From positions 672,001 to 736,000 of the forward strand of contig CAWEMM010000012.1 of the NCBI GenBank assembly GCA_963810095.1: a DNA stretch of 64,000 nucleotides. Direction: 5' to 3'. The notes beneath the pieces were generated by a model. The model worked only from the letters and a program-made list of their open reading frames with translations. It searched no databases and was not told where the DNA came from. A program made the position numbers and the translations under genes. Source of the DNA: an uncultured Chloroflexia bacterium. Its GTDB lineage: Bacteria > Chloroflexota > Anaerolineae > CG2-30-64-16. Below, one piece after another: positions 1 to 9,128 of this stretch (position 1 is the stretch's first letter; the number at the start of each line of letters is the position of its first letter).

Positions 1-254
1 AGGGCCGGGTCATGTCGCTGCTGGTCAGCGGCGCGGGCGCCATGATGCCCATCAGCCTCCTGCTGGCCGGTCCGCTCGCCGATATCATCGGCGTGCAGAC
101 GTGGTACCTGGTCGGTGGGCTAGCTTGCATCCTGATCGCGGTGGGCTGCCTGTTCGTCAAGCCGCTGATGGCCATCGAGCAGAATGGGCAGGGGAAGGCC
201 CGCGCGCCCCAGGCGCACGCTGCCTTCGCCGGCGAACCGGCGTCGGGCGAATAA
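1..254 (+). CDS. MFS transporter, C-terminal part (truncated at window edge)
   Basis: GRVMSLL..MMPISLLLAGPLAD..GVQTWY: last helices of a macrolide-efflux-like MFS. Confidence 0.75.
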   Translation, partial: GRVMSLLVSGAGAMMPISLLLAGPLADIIGVQTWYLVGGLACILIAVGCLFVKPLMAIEQNGQGKARAPQAHAAFAGEPASGE

Positions 255-327
255 GCACTCGGACTCGGACGAAACAAGCTCCTGAGACTGCGTTTTCCGC
301 CCGAGAGCGAATCTCTAGTACAATAGC

Positions 328-354
328 GGCGGGCCGTAACGGCCCGCCTTTTTT
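328..354 (+). terminator. Intrinsic terminator
   Basis: GGCGGGCCG-TAA-CGGCCCGCC followed by T6. Confidence 0.75.
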
Positions 355-385
355 GTCTGAAAGACACGCCCGTTGGGAGAGATTC

Positions 386-1621
386 ATGTTTACTCGGTTG
401 CGTTCGCTCGGCTATCCGAGGCAGTTCTGGATCATGGTGTCGGGCATGCTGATCGTCAGCATCGGCGGCTCCATGTGGTGGCCCTTCGTCACCATCCTGC
501 TGCGCGAGCAGTTGGGCCTGCCACTGACGCAGGTCACGCTGCTGTTTACGCTCAACTCTGCCGCGGGCTTGATCGCCACCTCGTTTGTCGGCCCCGCCGT
601 CGACCGGTTCGGCCGCCGCACGGCCATGATCGCCGGCCTCGTCATGAGCGGGCTGGCCCTCGTGATGATGGGCCTGGTGCACGGGCTCGCCGGCTGGGCG
701 CTGGCGCTTACCCTGACGGGCTTGTTCAACCCGATGTACCGGGTGGGCTCCGATGCCATGGTCGCTGACCTGATTCCCGAGAAGGAACGGGCGAACGCCT
801 ATTCCGTCATGCGGATGAGCAACAACCTCGGCGTTGCCGTCGGTCCTGCAATGGGCGGCGTGGTCATAGCCATTTCCTACAGCCTCGCGTTTTTTGCGGC
901 GGGCGCAGCCAGCCTGGTCTACGCGCTCATCGTGCTCCTGCTCGTTCGCGAGACACTGCGCAGCGCCGCCCCGTCGCAGGCCGGTGCAGCCGGGCAAAGG
1001 GAGTCGCGCGGCTTCGGGCCCGTGTTCCGTGACCGCCGCTTCGTGGCCTTCTGCCTGCTAATGATCCTCGCCACGATCCCGTCGCCGATCCTGTGGATGC
1101 TCATGCCGGCCTACGCCAAGGCAAACTTCGGTGTGCTGGAACAGCAGGCCGGCTTTATCATGTCGACGAACGCCCTGATGGTCGTGCTGCTCCAGGTCCC
1201 GGTGACCCGCTGGAGCTCGCAGCGGCCGCATCTGCGCGTCCTGGCGCTCGGTGCGCTGATCTACGCGCTGGGGGTGGGCAGCGTGGCGCTGGGCGCCGGG
1301 TTCTGGGCCTTCTGGCTGAGCATGGTCGTGCTCACGTTCGGGGAGTTGCTCATCGCGCCCACGGGCACCGCCTATGCCGCAAATGCAGCCCCCTCGGCCA
1401 TGCGCGGCCGCTACATGGGGCTCTACGGCCTCACCTGGGGCGTGGCATTCGGCATCGGGCCGGTGCTGGGCGGCTGGCTCAACGACAATGTTTCGCCCAT
1501 CGCAACCTGGATCGGCGGCATGTTGATCGGTTTCATTGCCGTGCTCGGGTTCCTTGCCCTCCAGCGGCTGCGGGGTCAGCCGACAAGGCTCGCCGAGAGC
1601 CCCGCCCCGGTAGATGGGTAG
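386..1621 (+). CDS. MFS transporter (MdtH-like)
   Basis: About 12 hydrophobic segments, motif A 'GPAVDRFGRR', 'MRGRYMG'; ATG at 386 after GGAGA. Confidence 0.85.
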   Translation: MFTRLRSLGYPRQFWIMVSGMLIVSIGGSMWWPFVTILLREQLGLPLTQVTLLFTLNSAAGLIATSFVGPAVDRFGRRTAMIAGLVMSGLALVMMGLVHGLAGWALALTLTGLFNPMYRVGSDAMVADLIPEKERANAYSVMRMSNNLGVAVGPAMGGVVIAISYSLAFFAAGAASLVYALIVLLLVRETLRSAAPSQAGAAGQRESRGFGPVFRDRRFVAFCLLMILATIPSPILWMLMPAYAKANFGVLEQQAGFIMSTNALMVVLLQVPVTRWSSQRPHLRVLALGALIYALGVGSVALGAGFWAFWLSMVVLTFGELLIAPTGTAYAANAAPSAMRGRYMGLYGLTWGVAFGIGPVLGGWLNDNVSPIATWIGGMLIGFIAVLGFLALQRLRGQPTRLAESPAPVDG

Positions 1622-1673
1622 CCTCGGCCTCGGCGCTCTTCCAAATCCCTCCATAACGCGCTAAACTAGCTCC

Positions 1674-2249
1674 ATGGACCACTCTTTACCCGATATTCCG
1701 ACCGCCGAAGCCTGGCTTGCCGAGCAGGGCGTCGACGGGCAACTGCTGGGGCATGTCCGGCTCGTCGCGCTCATTGCCGAGCACCTGGCGCGGCGTTTGG
1801 CCCGCGCGGGCATGAAAGTCGACCCCATCCTCGCACAGCGCGGGGGCCTGCTCCACGACCTGGCGAAGCTCAGCGCCAAGCCGGTCGCGCGCTCGCATGA
1901 GTTGATGGCTGCGGAGATCCTGCTCGAGCACGGGCAGCCCGAGCTCGCCGAAATCGCCCGACGCCATGCCATGTGGGCGCCGCTCACGGAGGGCCAGCGC
2001 CCCGAAACCTGGGAGCAGAAGGTCGTGTATTACGCCGACCGTATCGCCCAGCACGACCGGCTCGTTGGCATAGATGCCCGAATGCTCGAGATCGCTCAGC
2101 GCCGGCCCGAGCTGCGTGCGCGTATCGACGAGTACCGCTTCGCGGCCCTGCAGCAGGAGGCGGAGATCGCAGCCCGCCTGGGCGTGAGCCTGCCGGAACT
2201 GTGGCGCGAGCTGGAATTGGTGCTGGGGCAGCAGCCTGGCCCGGGCTAG
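1674..2249 (+). CDS. HD-domain phosphohydrolase
   Basis: H..V, 'LLHDLAK', 'H', 'YYAD' HD motifs. Confidence 0.8.
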   Translation: MDHSLPDIPTAEAWLAEQGVDGQLLGHVRLVALIAEHLARRLARAGMKVDPILAQRGGLLHDLAKLSAKPVARSHELMAAEILLEHGQPELAEIARRHAMWAPLTEGQRPETWEQKVVYYADRIAQHDRLVGIDARMLEIAQRRPELRARIDEYRFAALQQEAEIAARLGVSLPELWRELELVLGQQPGPG

Positions 2250-2313
2250 GAACGACCGCCGCTTCGTCTTCGTCTTGAAGGCTGACCGTGTCTCTGACCC
2301 CGGAGGTGAGCGC

Positions 2314-5300
2314 ATGAAAGCCGCCCGCACGCTATTGATTTCGCTGGTGCTCGTTCTGACCGCCTGCACCCTGCCAACGGCAGCCGTGGCTCCTGCGGCC
2401 AGCGCGCCACTCGCGCCGGCCGGCGCCGTAACCTCCTTCGCGCCCGGTGCGCGCCTCGCCACCCGGACGCCGCCTCCCGGGGCAACCTCGGTCAGCGCCC
2501 GGCCCATGCAGTCTACGCGAACGATCGTGACGGGCGCGACCACCGCGCCGGCCGTCCCCAGTCGGGCGTTGGCCCCCTTCAGCATCGGCGTGCCCGCCGG
2601 CGACGCGTACGGACCGATGAGCATTGCGATCGACTCGGCCCGCAACCTGGCCTATGTCTATCACGCGGACTCGGCCGAGCGCCGGCCTGTGATCTCTGTG
2701 GTAGACCTGAAGGCCGGCCGGGTTACCCAGGTAATACGACTCGAGCAGACCACGCCCGGCGCCTCGGGTCGCCTGTTTCTGACTCCCGACGGAAAGCGCC
2801 TCTTCCTGCAAGAAACTCAAAACAAATCCGTTCTCAGCGTCGACATTGCTTCGGGGAGGGTGCGCAAGGTGCTCGAGGGGGTGAATGACGCCGTACTGAG
2901 CGACGACGGCAAGGTCTTGTACGCTGTCCTGCACGATATCGTCGCCGCTTATCCCGCAGCCGATCTCGCACAGGGCGAGACCCGCCCCATCTGGCAAGCC
3001 GAAACCCCATTTACGCGGATCGAGTTGAACGGCAACCGGCTGTTGGCGACAAGTTACGGCGGTGCGGGCGCACTGGTCGCGCTGGACGCCGCCACCGGCA
3101 AGGAGATCGCGCGCAGCAGTCCACCGGCGAGCGCAGACGTGATTTCGCCGGGGCCCAATGGGGGCTGGGCTGTGGTCGCCGGCGGCGAGAAGTCCCGTCT
3201 CGTGCGTTACGACGCGGACCTGAACGTGCTGGGCGAAACGCCGGTCAGCTACACGGGGGCCGCGCCCTACGACACGGTGCGCAACCGCTACCTTATGGCC
3301 GGCAGCCGCTACACGGAGACCGAGCCGGCGGGCCACCCGGTCATCCTGAGCATTGACGCACAAGACGGCAAGTTGGTGGACGAGGTGCCCCTGAGCGGCG
3401 GGTATCCGCTCACGGCCTTCGCGCCCTGGGGCCGCGACGCGATCGTCGCTTTCGCGACCGGGGGCCCTGGCGCGCTCTACGTTCTCGACGCCGAGACGCT
3501 CCAGCCGAAGCAGCAGATTGTCACGGGCGTGCGAGCGACGGAGGCGGTCGTCGACGGCATCTCGAGGTTGTACGTGGCCGACGACACCGGCCGGATCCAC
3601 GTGCTGCAGTTGCCCGGCGGACAAGAGGTTGCGCTTTGGCAGGGCGCTGGGCCGCTGGCGCTCGACAAGCAGAATCAACGGCTGTACGCCAACCGCGAGG
3701 GTCGGGTGGTGGCCCTTTCTCTGCGCGACGGCTCCGTGGCGGCCCAATTCCCCCAGGGCGGCTCCCCCGCCCCCGATCCGAACGCTGATTTGGTCTACAT
3801 TGCCGACCGCGGAGTGACCATCTACAACCGCAGCGGCGCGAAGCTGGGCACGCTGCCATCCACTTTTCCCGCACCGACCGCGTTCTCGGGCAACCCCTAC
3901 GCGGTCGCCGCACAGGTTAACCCCGTGACGGGCCATGTGGCGGTGATCCTCCACAATGGCATCCCGGGTTCGAACGGCGGCACGTTCCTGCGCATTTATC
4001 CCCGCCAGAGCGACGCCGGTGTGACGCCGCCGGGTCCCCATAGCTTCGTGCTCGACCTCGAAACCGACCGGGCCGGCAACTGGTATGTTGCGTACAGCAC
4101 GGCTCGCACGCAGGAGGCCGTGCATCTGCTGTCGCCCGCAGGCCAGCCGCAGCGGAAGTTGGAGCATCGTACCGGCTTCGAGGTCCTGGACGAGGTTGCC
4201 AACACGCTGTATCTCTTCGCCGATGGCCGGATTACGACCCTTTCGCCGTCAACTCTGGGCGCGAACTTGGCGTATGCCGGTCCAGACGTGTTCGTCGACC
4301 CCGCCTACAGCCCGGGCCTCCGAACCGCCTACGTCCCCGAGTACACTGGGTCCCACATCACCGCGGTCGATCTCGACGCGCTCGCGCCGCTCGACCTGCG
4401 CCCTGTGCCCGCCCGGCCTTCCCCCGAGGCCTACAATGAGGGTGTGACGGCAGTAGGCGGTGGCCGCCAGCGCCTGCTGCTGAGCCGGTATGGCACGGCC
4501 TATCGAACATCGAATGGAACAGCCTGGGAACAACTGGTTCCCGGGCTGGATATGTATTACACCCACGTTACGGCCGTCGATCCCCAAACCATCTTCGTGG
4601 CGGGGCGAAGTGCCGCGGGCGGCGAGGGCGTTTGGCGCAGCACGGACGGCGGAAGCACCTGGGCCTTCCTGTCGGCCGGCTTGACGGACCTGTTGGCGTC
4701 CGGGCCGGTGCTTGCGAACAGCGCGAACGAGGCCTACTTCGTCAACGCGAGCCAGGGTCTGTTCCGGTGGGATCCGGCGGGGAGCAAGTGGGCCCTGGCA
4801 AGCGCGGGCCCGCCTGAGGGCCAGTGGGGCAGCCTGAGCCTCGCGCCCGACGGCGCGCTCTTCCGCTCGAACAATGGCAGCCTGGAGCGCAGCATGGATC
4901 GCGGCGCCAGCTGGCAAAAGCTGGGCGCCACGGAGAAGACCGGAGACGTGATCGGCTACTCGTCGCTGTACACCGTCACGCAGACGCTCTTCTCAGTCGT
5001 GCGCAAGGATTACCGCCCTGCGGCTATCAATCGCTCCACCGATGCTGGCAAGACCTGGCAGCCTTCGCTCGGGGGACCGCTGCTCGGTTTCGATGGCTAT
5101 CAGCCCGAAATTACGACTGGGTTCGGGCGCAGCTACCTGCTTCTCCAGCCCTATTCCGGGCCTGCCCGGCTGCTGCGCACCGTCGATTACGGCGCAACGT
5201 GGGAGGTCGCGCCGGTCGAGACCGCCCCCGACGCGCAACATCTTGCGGTCGACCCGCTGGACGGCCGTCTGTGGCTGGGCGTTAAGGGCGGGTTGCGAAG

Positions 5301-5823
5301 CATAGACCCCGGCAACATCAGATGGACTAGGGCTCCGCTTGCGGCAACGCCCACTGCTACGCCCGTGCCCACGGCCACCGTCGCCCCCTGCACCGCCACG
5401 CTGAACGCGAGCGACGCGGAGACCAGCGGCCGGGCGCCGGGCATCGGCTGTCCGAAGGGGGCGCCTGCCGTCGTCCAGATGGCCCGCCAGCGCTTCCAGC
5501 ACGGCCAGATGATCTGGCGAGGCGACCGGAAACAGGTCTACGTTCTGTCTGACGACGGCCGCTGGCAGGGGTACGAGGACAAGTGGGTCGAAGGCGATCC
5601 GACCGACGATCCGACCCTCCAGGCGCCGGCCAGTTTGCAGCAGCCCGGCCGGGGTTTCGGGAAGGTGTGGCGCGAGCAGCTCGGCGGTCCGAAGTCGGCG
5701 CTAGGCTGGGCGCTGGAAAAGGAGCAGGGCGTGCAGGGCCAGGCCCAGGACTGGGACCATGCCACGGTGCTGCGCTTCGGCGGGGAGCTAATTGCGCTGT
5801 CTGACAATGGGCGGTGGCAGTAG
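2314..5823 (+). CDS. Large lipoprotein with YVTN/PQQ-like and BNR/Asp-box beta-propellers and a C-terminal GFGKVW domain
   Basis: GGAGG RBS; lipobox LTAC; T/P-rich linkers; repeated S-x-D-x-G-x-T-W Asp boxes; C-terminal 'QRFQHGQMIW..GFGKVW..LGWA'. Confidence 0.75.
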   Translation: MKAARTLLISLVLVLTACTLPTAAVAPAASAPLAPAGAVTSFAPGARLATRTPPPGATSVSARPMQSTRTIVTGATTAPAVPSRALAPFSIGVPAGDAYGPMSIAIDSARNLAYVYHADSAERRPVISVVDLKAGRVTQVIRLEQTTPGASGRLFLTPDGKRLFLQETQNKSVLSVDIASGRVRKVLEGVNDAVLSDDGKVLYAVLHDIVAAYPAADLAQGETRPIWQAETPFTRIELNGNRLLATSYGGAGALVALDAATGKEIARSSPPASADVISPGPNGGWAVVAGGEKSRLVRYDADLNVLGETPVSYTGAAPYDTVRNRYLMAGSRYTETEPAGHPVILSIDAQDGKLVDEVPLSGGYPLTAFAPWGRDAIVAFATGGPGALYVLDAETLQPKQQIVTGVRATEAVVDGISRLYVADDTGRIHVLQLPGGQEVALWQGAGPLALDKQNQRLYANREGRVVALSLRDGSVAAQFPQGGSPAPDPNADLVYIADRGVTIYNRSGAKLGTLPSTFPAPTAFSGNPYAVAAQVNPVTGHVAVILHNGIPGSNGGTFLRIYPRQSDAGVTPPGPHSFVLDLETDRAGNWYVAYSTARTQEAVHLLSPAGQPQRKLEHRTGFEVLDEVANTLYLFADGRITTLSPSTLGANLAYAGPDVFVDPAYSPGLRTAYVPEYTGSHITAVDLDALAPLDLRPVPARPSPEAYNEGVTAVGGGRQRLLLSRYGTAYRTSNGTAWEQLVPGLDMYYTHVTAVDPQTIFVAGRSAAGGEGVWRSTDGGSTWAFLSAGLTDLLASGPVLANSANEAYFVNASQGLFRWDPAGSKWALASAGPPEGQWGSLSLAPDGALFRSNNGSLERSMDRGASWQKLGATEKTGDVIGYSSLYTVTQTLFSVVRKDYRPAAINRSTDAGKTWQPSLGGPLLGFDGYQPEITTGFGRSYLLLQPYSGPARLLRTVDYGATWEVAPVETAPDAQHLAVDPLDGRLWLGVKGGLRSIDPGNIRWTRAPLAATPTATPVPTATVAPCTATLNASDAETSGRAPGIGCPKGAPAVVQMARQRFQHGQMIWRGDRKQVYVLSDDGRWQGYEDKWVEGDPTDDPTLQAPASLQQPGRGFGKVWREQLGGPKSALGWALEKEQGVQGQAQDWDHATVLRFGGELIALSDNGRWQ

Positions 5824-5899
5824 ACGGCTTGGTACGCCTGCCGTTTCGGAGGGCGGTTTCTGTTTGTTTCCGTCGGGGCGATCCCTGCTTCGTTCCGTC

Positions 5900-6345
5900 G
5901 GAGGCGAGCCCGCCCCCGATGCCCCCGGCTTCTGCTTTCTTCTGTCGGGGGCAAGCCCGCCCCCGACGCCCCCCGCTTCGGGGGCCTTGCCCCCGAAACC
6001 CCCAAAGGCTACGCCCCTCGGCGTCTGACGCTCCAAATCTACCTAGTCTCTGGGCGTAGGTGGGCCACCACAACCATATCTCCACAGACCCACGTTCGTG
6101 GAATGTCGTTGCTGACACGCCCGGAGTGCTGGCCACACACCCGTTCTCCGCACGCATCCAGGGTGAAGCGTACCTTAATCTTTGGGGGGTCGGGGGGCGA
6201 TGCCCCCCGGCCAGGGTTGCAGGGGCCGACTGGCCCCTGCCAGAAGAAACAGTGTTTGCACTGGGGCCGGCCCCTGCCAGAAGAAACAGTGTTTGCACTG
6301 GGGCCGGCCGGCCCTTGCCAGAAGAAACAGGGTTTGCATTGCTGC
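5900..6345 (-). repeat. Dispersed palindromic non-coding element, copy 1
   Basis: Inverted homolog of 54283-54900; 61-nt core at 6062-6122; about 3 tandem units containing GCCAGAAGAAACAG at 6233-6345. Confidence 0.8.
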
Positions 6346-6408
6346 AACCGCACCGCCCTCCTTGCGTAGAGAAGGATGAAGACAACAAGCAGACACAAGG
6401 AGGATAAG

Positions 6409-7150
6409 ATGGCGCAGTTGGTAAGGTTTGCAGGTAGTATGATCGTGCTGGGCATGCTCGTCGCGAGCCTGGGTGCATGCACGTTTGCGCCGGGCGACGT
6501 AATCACAGGCTCTGGCCGCACGACGACGAAGAACTACGACTTCAGCGGTTTCACCAAGGTCAGCATCGGCAGCGCGTTCCAGGCCGACATCACGCAGGGC
6601 GAGAGTTACGCCACCTCGGTCACCGTCGACGACAACATCGTCGAATACCTGGACGTACGGGTGGAGGGCGACACGCTCCACATCGGGCTTAAGCCCCGCC
6701 TGAGCCTGGGTTTCCGCAACACGACGCTCAAGACGCAGATCACGATGCCCGACCTTGCAGGGCTGGACCTCAGCGGCGCAACCCGCACGAACGTCAAGGG
6801 CTTCAAGAACGACCAGCCGGCTAGTGTCGAGGTCTCCGGCGCCAGCCAGCTGCGCGGCGATCTGACCACCGGCCAGATGAAGATGCGGGCGTCGGGCGCG
6901 AGCACGGTCGATATCTCGGGCGCTACAGGTACGCTCGACGTCGAGGGCTCGGGCGCCAGCACCGTCCGCCTGGACAACTTCACCTCGACCGACACGAACG
7001 TGCGGGCCTCGGGTGCCAGCAACGTGACGGTCAACGCCAGCGGCAAGATCACGGGCGAGGCCAGCGGTGCTTCCAGCGTTTCGTACGTGGGCAACCCGAC
7101 CTCGGTGCTGGTCGACACCTCGGGGCGCCAGCAACGTGCGCCACAAGTAA
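6409..7150 (+). CDS. DUF2807/head-GIN beta-helix lipoprotein
   Basis: AGGAGG RBS; lipobox LGAC; repeated 'SGAS' turns; 1-bp frameshift near 7124 hides the end SGASNVRHK*. Confidence 0.85.
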
Positions 7151-7205
7151 TTGGCGTGCGCCACAAGTAATTGGCGTGCGCTATAAGTGATCGGCACCTG
7201 ACCCC

Positions 7206-7245
7206 AGACCTTCGGAGTCTTGCAAGACTCCGAAGGTCTTTTTTT
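7206..7245 (+). terminator. Perfect 34-bp palindrome plus T-tract (terminator / REP-like)
   Basis: AGACCTTCGGAGTCTTGCAAGACTCCGAAGGTCT then a T run; related to 24497-24561. Confidence 0.75.
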
Positions 7246-7312
7246 GTTCCGTACTGATTGCACATGCCGAGCTGTTTCGCTCGGCATGTGCATTTCGAGC
7301 TATACCTTGAGA

Positions 7313-7330
7313 ATGTGATTTTACGCACAT
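7313..7330. promoter_or_regulatory. Putative Rex-like operator upstream of ndh
   Basis: ATGTGATTTTACGCACAT resembles TTGTGAA-N4-TTCACAA; CRP/FNR-type reading also possible. Confidence 0.45.
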
Positions 7331-7449
7331 ATTCGTAATGAGTGTCACAGATATTTGTGTGCCCGTGTGAGAAACTATGGAGGATCGCAGGACGTTCTGG
7401 AATAGTAGTGGCTGGGTCTGCCAGGCGGGCTTGTGGTGAGGAGGCGTGA

Positions 7450-8817
7450 GTGGGCGAATTGCATCGAGTTGTAGTCATCGGGGGCGGTTTCGGGGGTATG
7501 TACGCGGCCAAGGCGCTGGGCCGCGCCGCGAACGGCGGTGCGCCAGGCATCGACGTTACCTTGATCGATCGCCGCAATTTCCACTTGTTTCAGCCGCTGC
7601 TCTACCAGGTGGCGACGGCCGGCCTGTCGCCGGGCGAAATCGCGTCGCCGCTGCGTGGCGTGCTGCGTAAGTCCAAGAACGTCACCGTCCTGATGGGCGA
7701 GGTCACCGGCTTCGACCTGGCGGCCCAGGAAGTGCTCCTCACCGATCGCCGGCTGCCGTACGATTCGCTGATCGTCGCGGCCGGCAGCCACGACTCCTAC
7801 TTCGGCAACGACCAGTGGAAGCCGATCGCGCCGGGCCTCAAGACGATCGAGGACGCGCTCGACATCCGCCGTCGTGTCTTCCTGGCTTATGAAGAGGCGG
7901 AGCGTGAGCAGGACCCCGAGAAGCGTAAGGCATGGCTGAACTTCGTGGTTGTAGGCGGCGGGCCGACCGGCGTCGAGTTGGCCGGCGCACTGGGCGAGAT
8001 CGCCCGGCAGACCCTGAAAGGCAATTTCCGCCGCATCAACCCGGCGGAGGCGAACGTGCTGCTGGTCGAGGGTGCGGACCGGGTGCTGCCGCCCTTTCCG
8101 CCCGACCTGTCGAAGAAGGCGCAGCGCGCGCTGGAGCGGCTGGGCGTGACCGTGAGAACCGGCCTGCGCGTCACCGAGATTGATGGCGAGTGTGTGACGG
8201 TCAAGTCGGCTGCGGGAACAGAGAAGATCCAGTCGCGGACGGTCTTGTGGGCGGCCGGCGTCCAGGCGTCGCCGCTGGCCCGGCAGCTGGGCGAGGCCAG
8301 CGGGGCCGAGGTCGACCGGGGCGGCCGCGTCAAGGTCACGCCGAACCTGACGCTGCCCGGCCATCCCGAGGTATTCGTGATCGGCGACATGGCCCAGGCG
8401 CTGGCCGAGAACGGCAAGCCGCTGCCCGGGCTGGCCCCGGTCGCCATGCAGCAGGGGCGCTACGCGGCTGCGCTGATCCAGGCGCGACTAGCAGGCAAAG
8501 GGCTGCCGCGCTTCCACTACAAGGACAAGGGCACGATGGCTACGATCGGGCCGGCCGCGGCGGTCGCCGATGTTGGTCCCCTCCACTTCAACGGCTTCCT
8601 GGCCTGGCTGACGTGGCTCTTCATCCACCTCCTCTACATCGCAGAGTTCGACAACCGGCTGCTGATCCTGATCCAGTGGGCGTACAACTACTTCACCCGC
8701 AATCGCGGCGCCCGCCTGATCACCGGCAGCGTCAACGCGCCACCCTTGACGGTGAAGGAAATGGCGAAGGAAGGCGTCGAGGTCAAGACCGACGCCAAAG
8801 TCCGGGAGCCTGGTTAA
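7450..8817 (+). CDS. ndh: Type II NADH dehydrogenase
   Basis: GGGFGG, FQPLLYQVATAGL, GGGPTGVELAG, WAAGV, VFVIGD, YKDKGTMATIG. Confidence 0.92.
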   Translation: MGELHRVVVIGGGFGGMYAAKALGRAANGGAPGIDVTLIDRRNFHLFQPLLYQVATAGLSPGEIASPLRGVLRKSKNVTVLMGEVTGFDLAAQEVLLTDRRLPYDSLIVAAGSHDSYFGNDQWKPIAPGLKTIEDALDIRRRVFLAYEEAEREQDPEKRKAWLNFVVVGGGPTGVELAGALGEIARQTLKGNFRRINPAEANVLLVEGADRVLPPFPPDLSKKAQRALERLGVTVRTGLRVTEIDGECVTVKSAAGTEKIQSRTVLWAAGVQASPLARQLGEASGAEVDRGGRVKVTPNLTLPGHPEVFVIGDMAQALAENGKPLPGLAPVAMQQGRYAAALIQARLAGKGLPRFHYKDKGTMATIGPAAAVADVGPLHFNGFLAWLTWLFIHLLYIAEFDNRLLILIQWAYNYFTRNRGARLITGSVNAPPLTVKEMAKEGVEVKTDAKVREPG

Positions 8818-8955
8818 GGCCGGAGGGCGGCGAGGGCGCAGAGGAATTACGAGACACGGGGCAGGGCGCCGCCGTCTCTTGCCTCGCCGCCCTCGCCGCC
8901 CTCGGTGGCGCAACCCGTCCCGGTCCTACGACACCCCTCGCGTTCATCTTCACAG

Positions 8956-9002
8956 ATTCTAATCCAATTCTAATCGTCTCTCTATCCTCAGCCGCATATA
9001 AT
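8956..9002 (+). promoter_or_regulatory. Direct repeat ATTCTAATC x2 (11-bp period) upstream of a TATAAT -10 box
   Basis: Copies at 8956-8964 and 8967-8975; TATAAT at 8997-9002. Confidence 0.4.
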
Positions 9003-9128
9003 GACGCCGAACGCGCCTGGAGAAGACCCGGCGCTTATTCATGTGGTGGAGGGTGCGGGCCTCTGTCCGCAGCCTCCACCCAAAAGCAAGACCCAGTCTT
9101 TCGACTTCTCCTTCTTCGAGGTTTCTGC

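Noticed and set aside
2332-4167. Long antisense ORFs (also 7375-8364, 30220-31743, 39325-40626, 60145-61296)
   Set aside because: Shadows of high-GC coding genes on the opposite strand, with no motifs.
6233-6345. CRISPR-like array (units of about 37 bp)
   Set aside because: Units are contiguous with no unique spacers, and there are no cas genes in the window.
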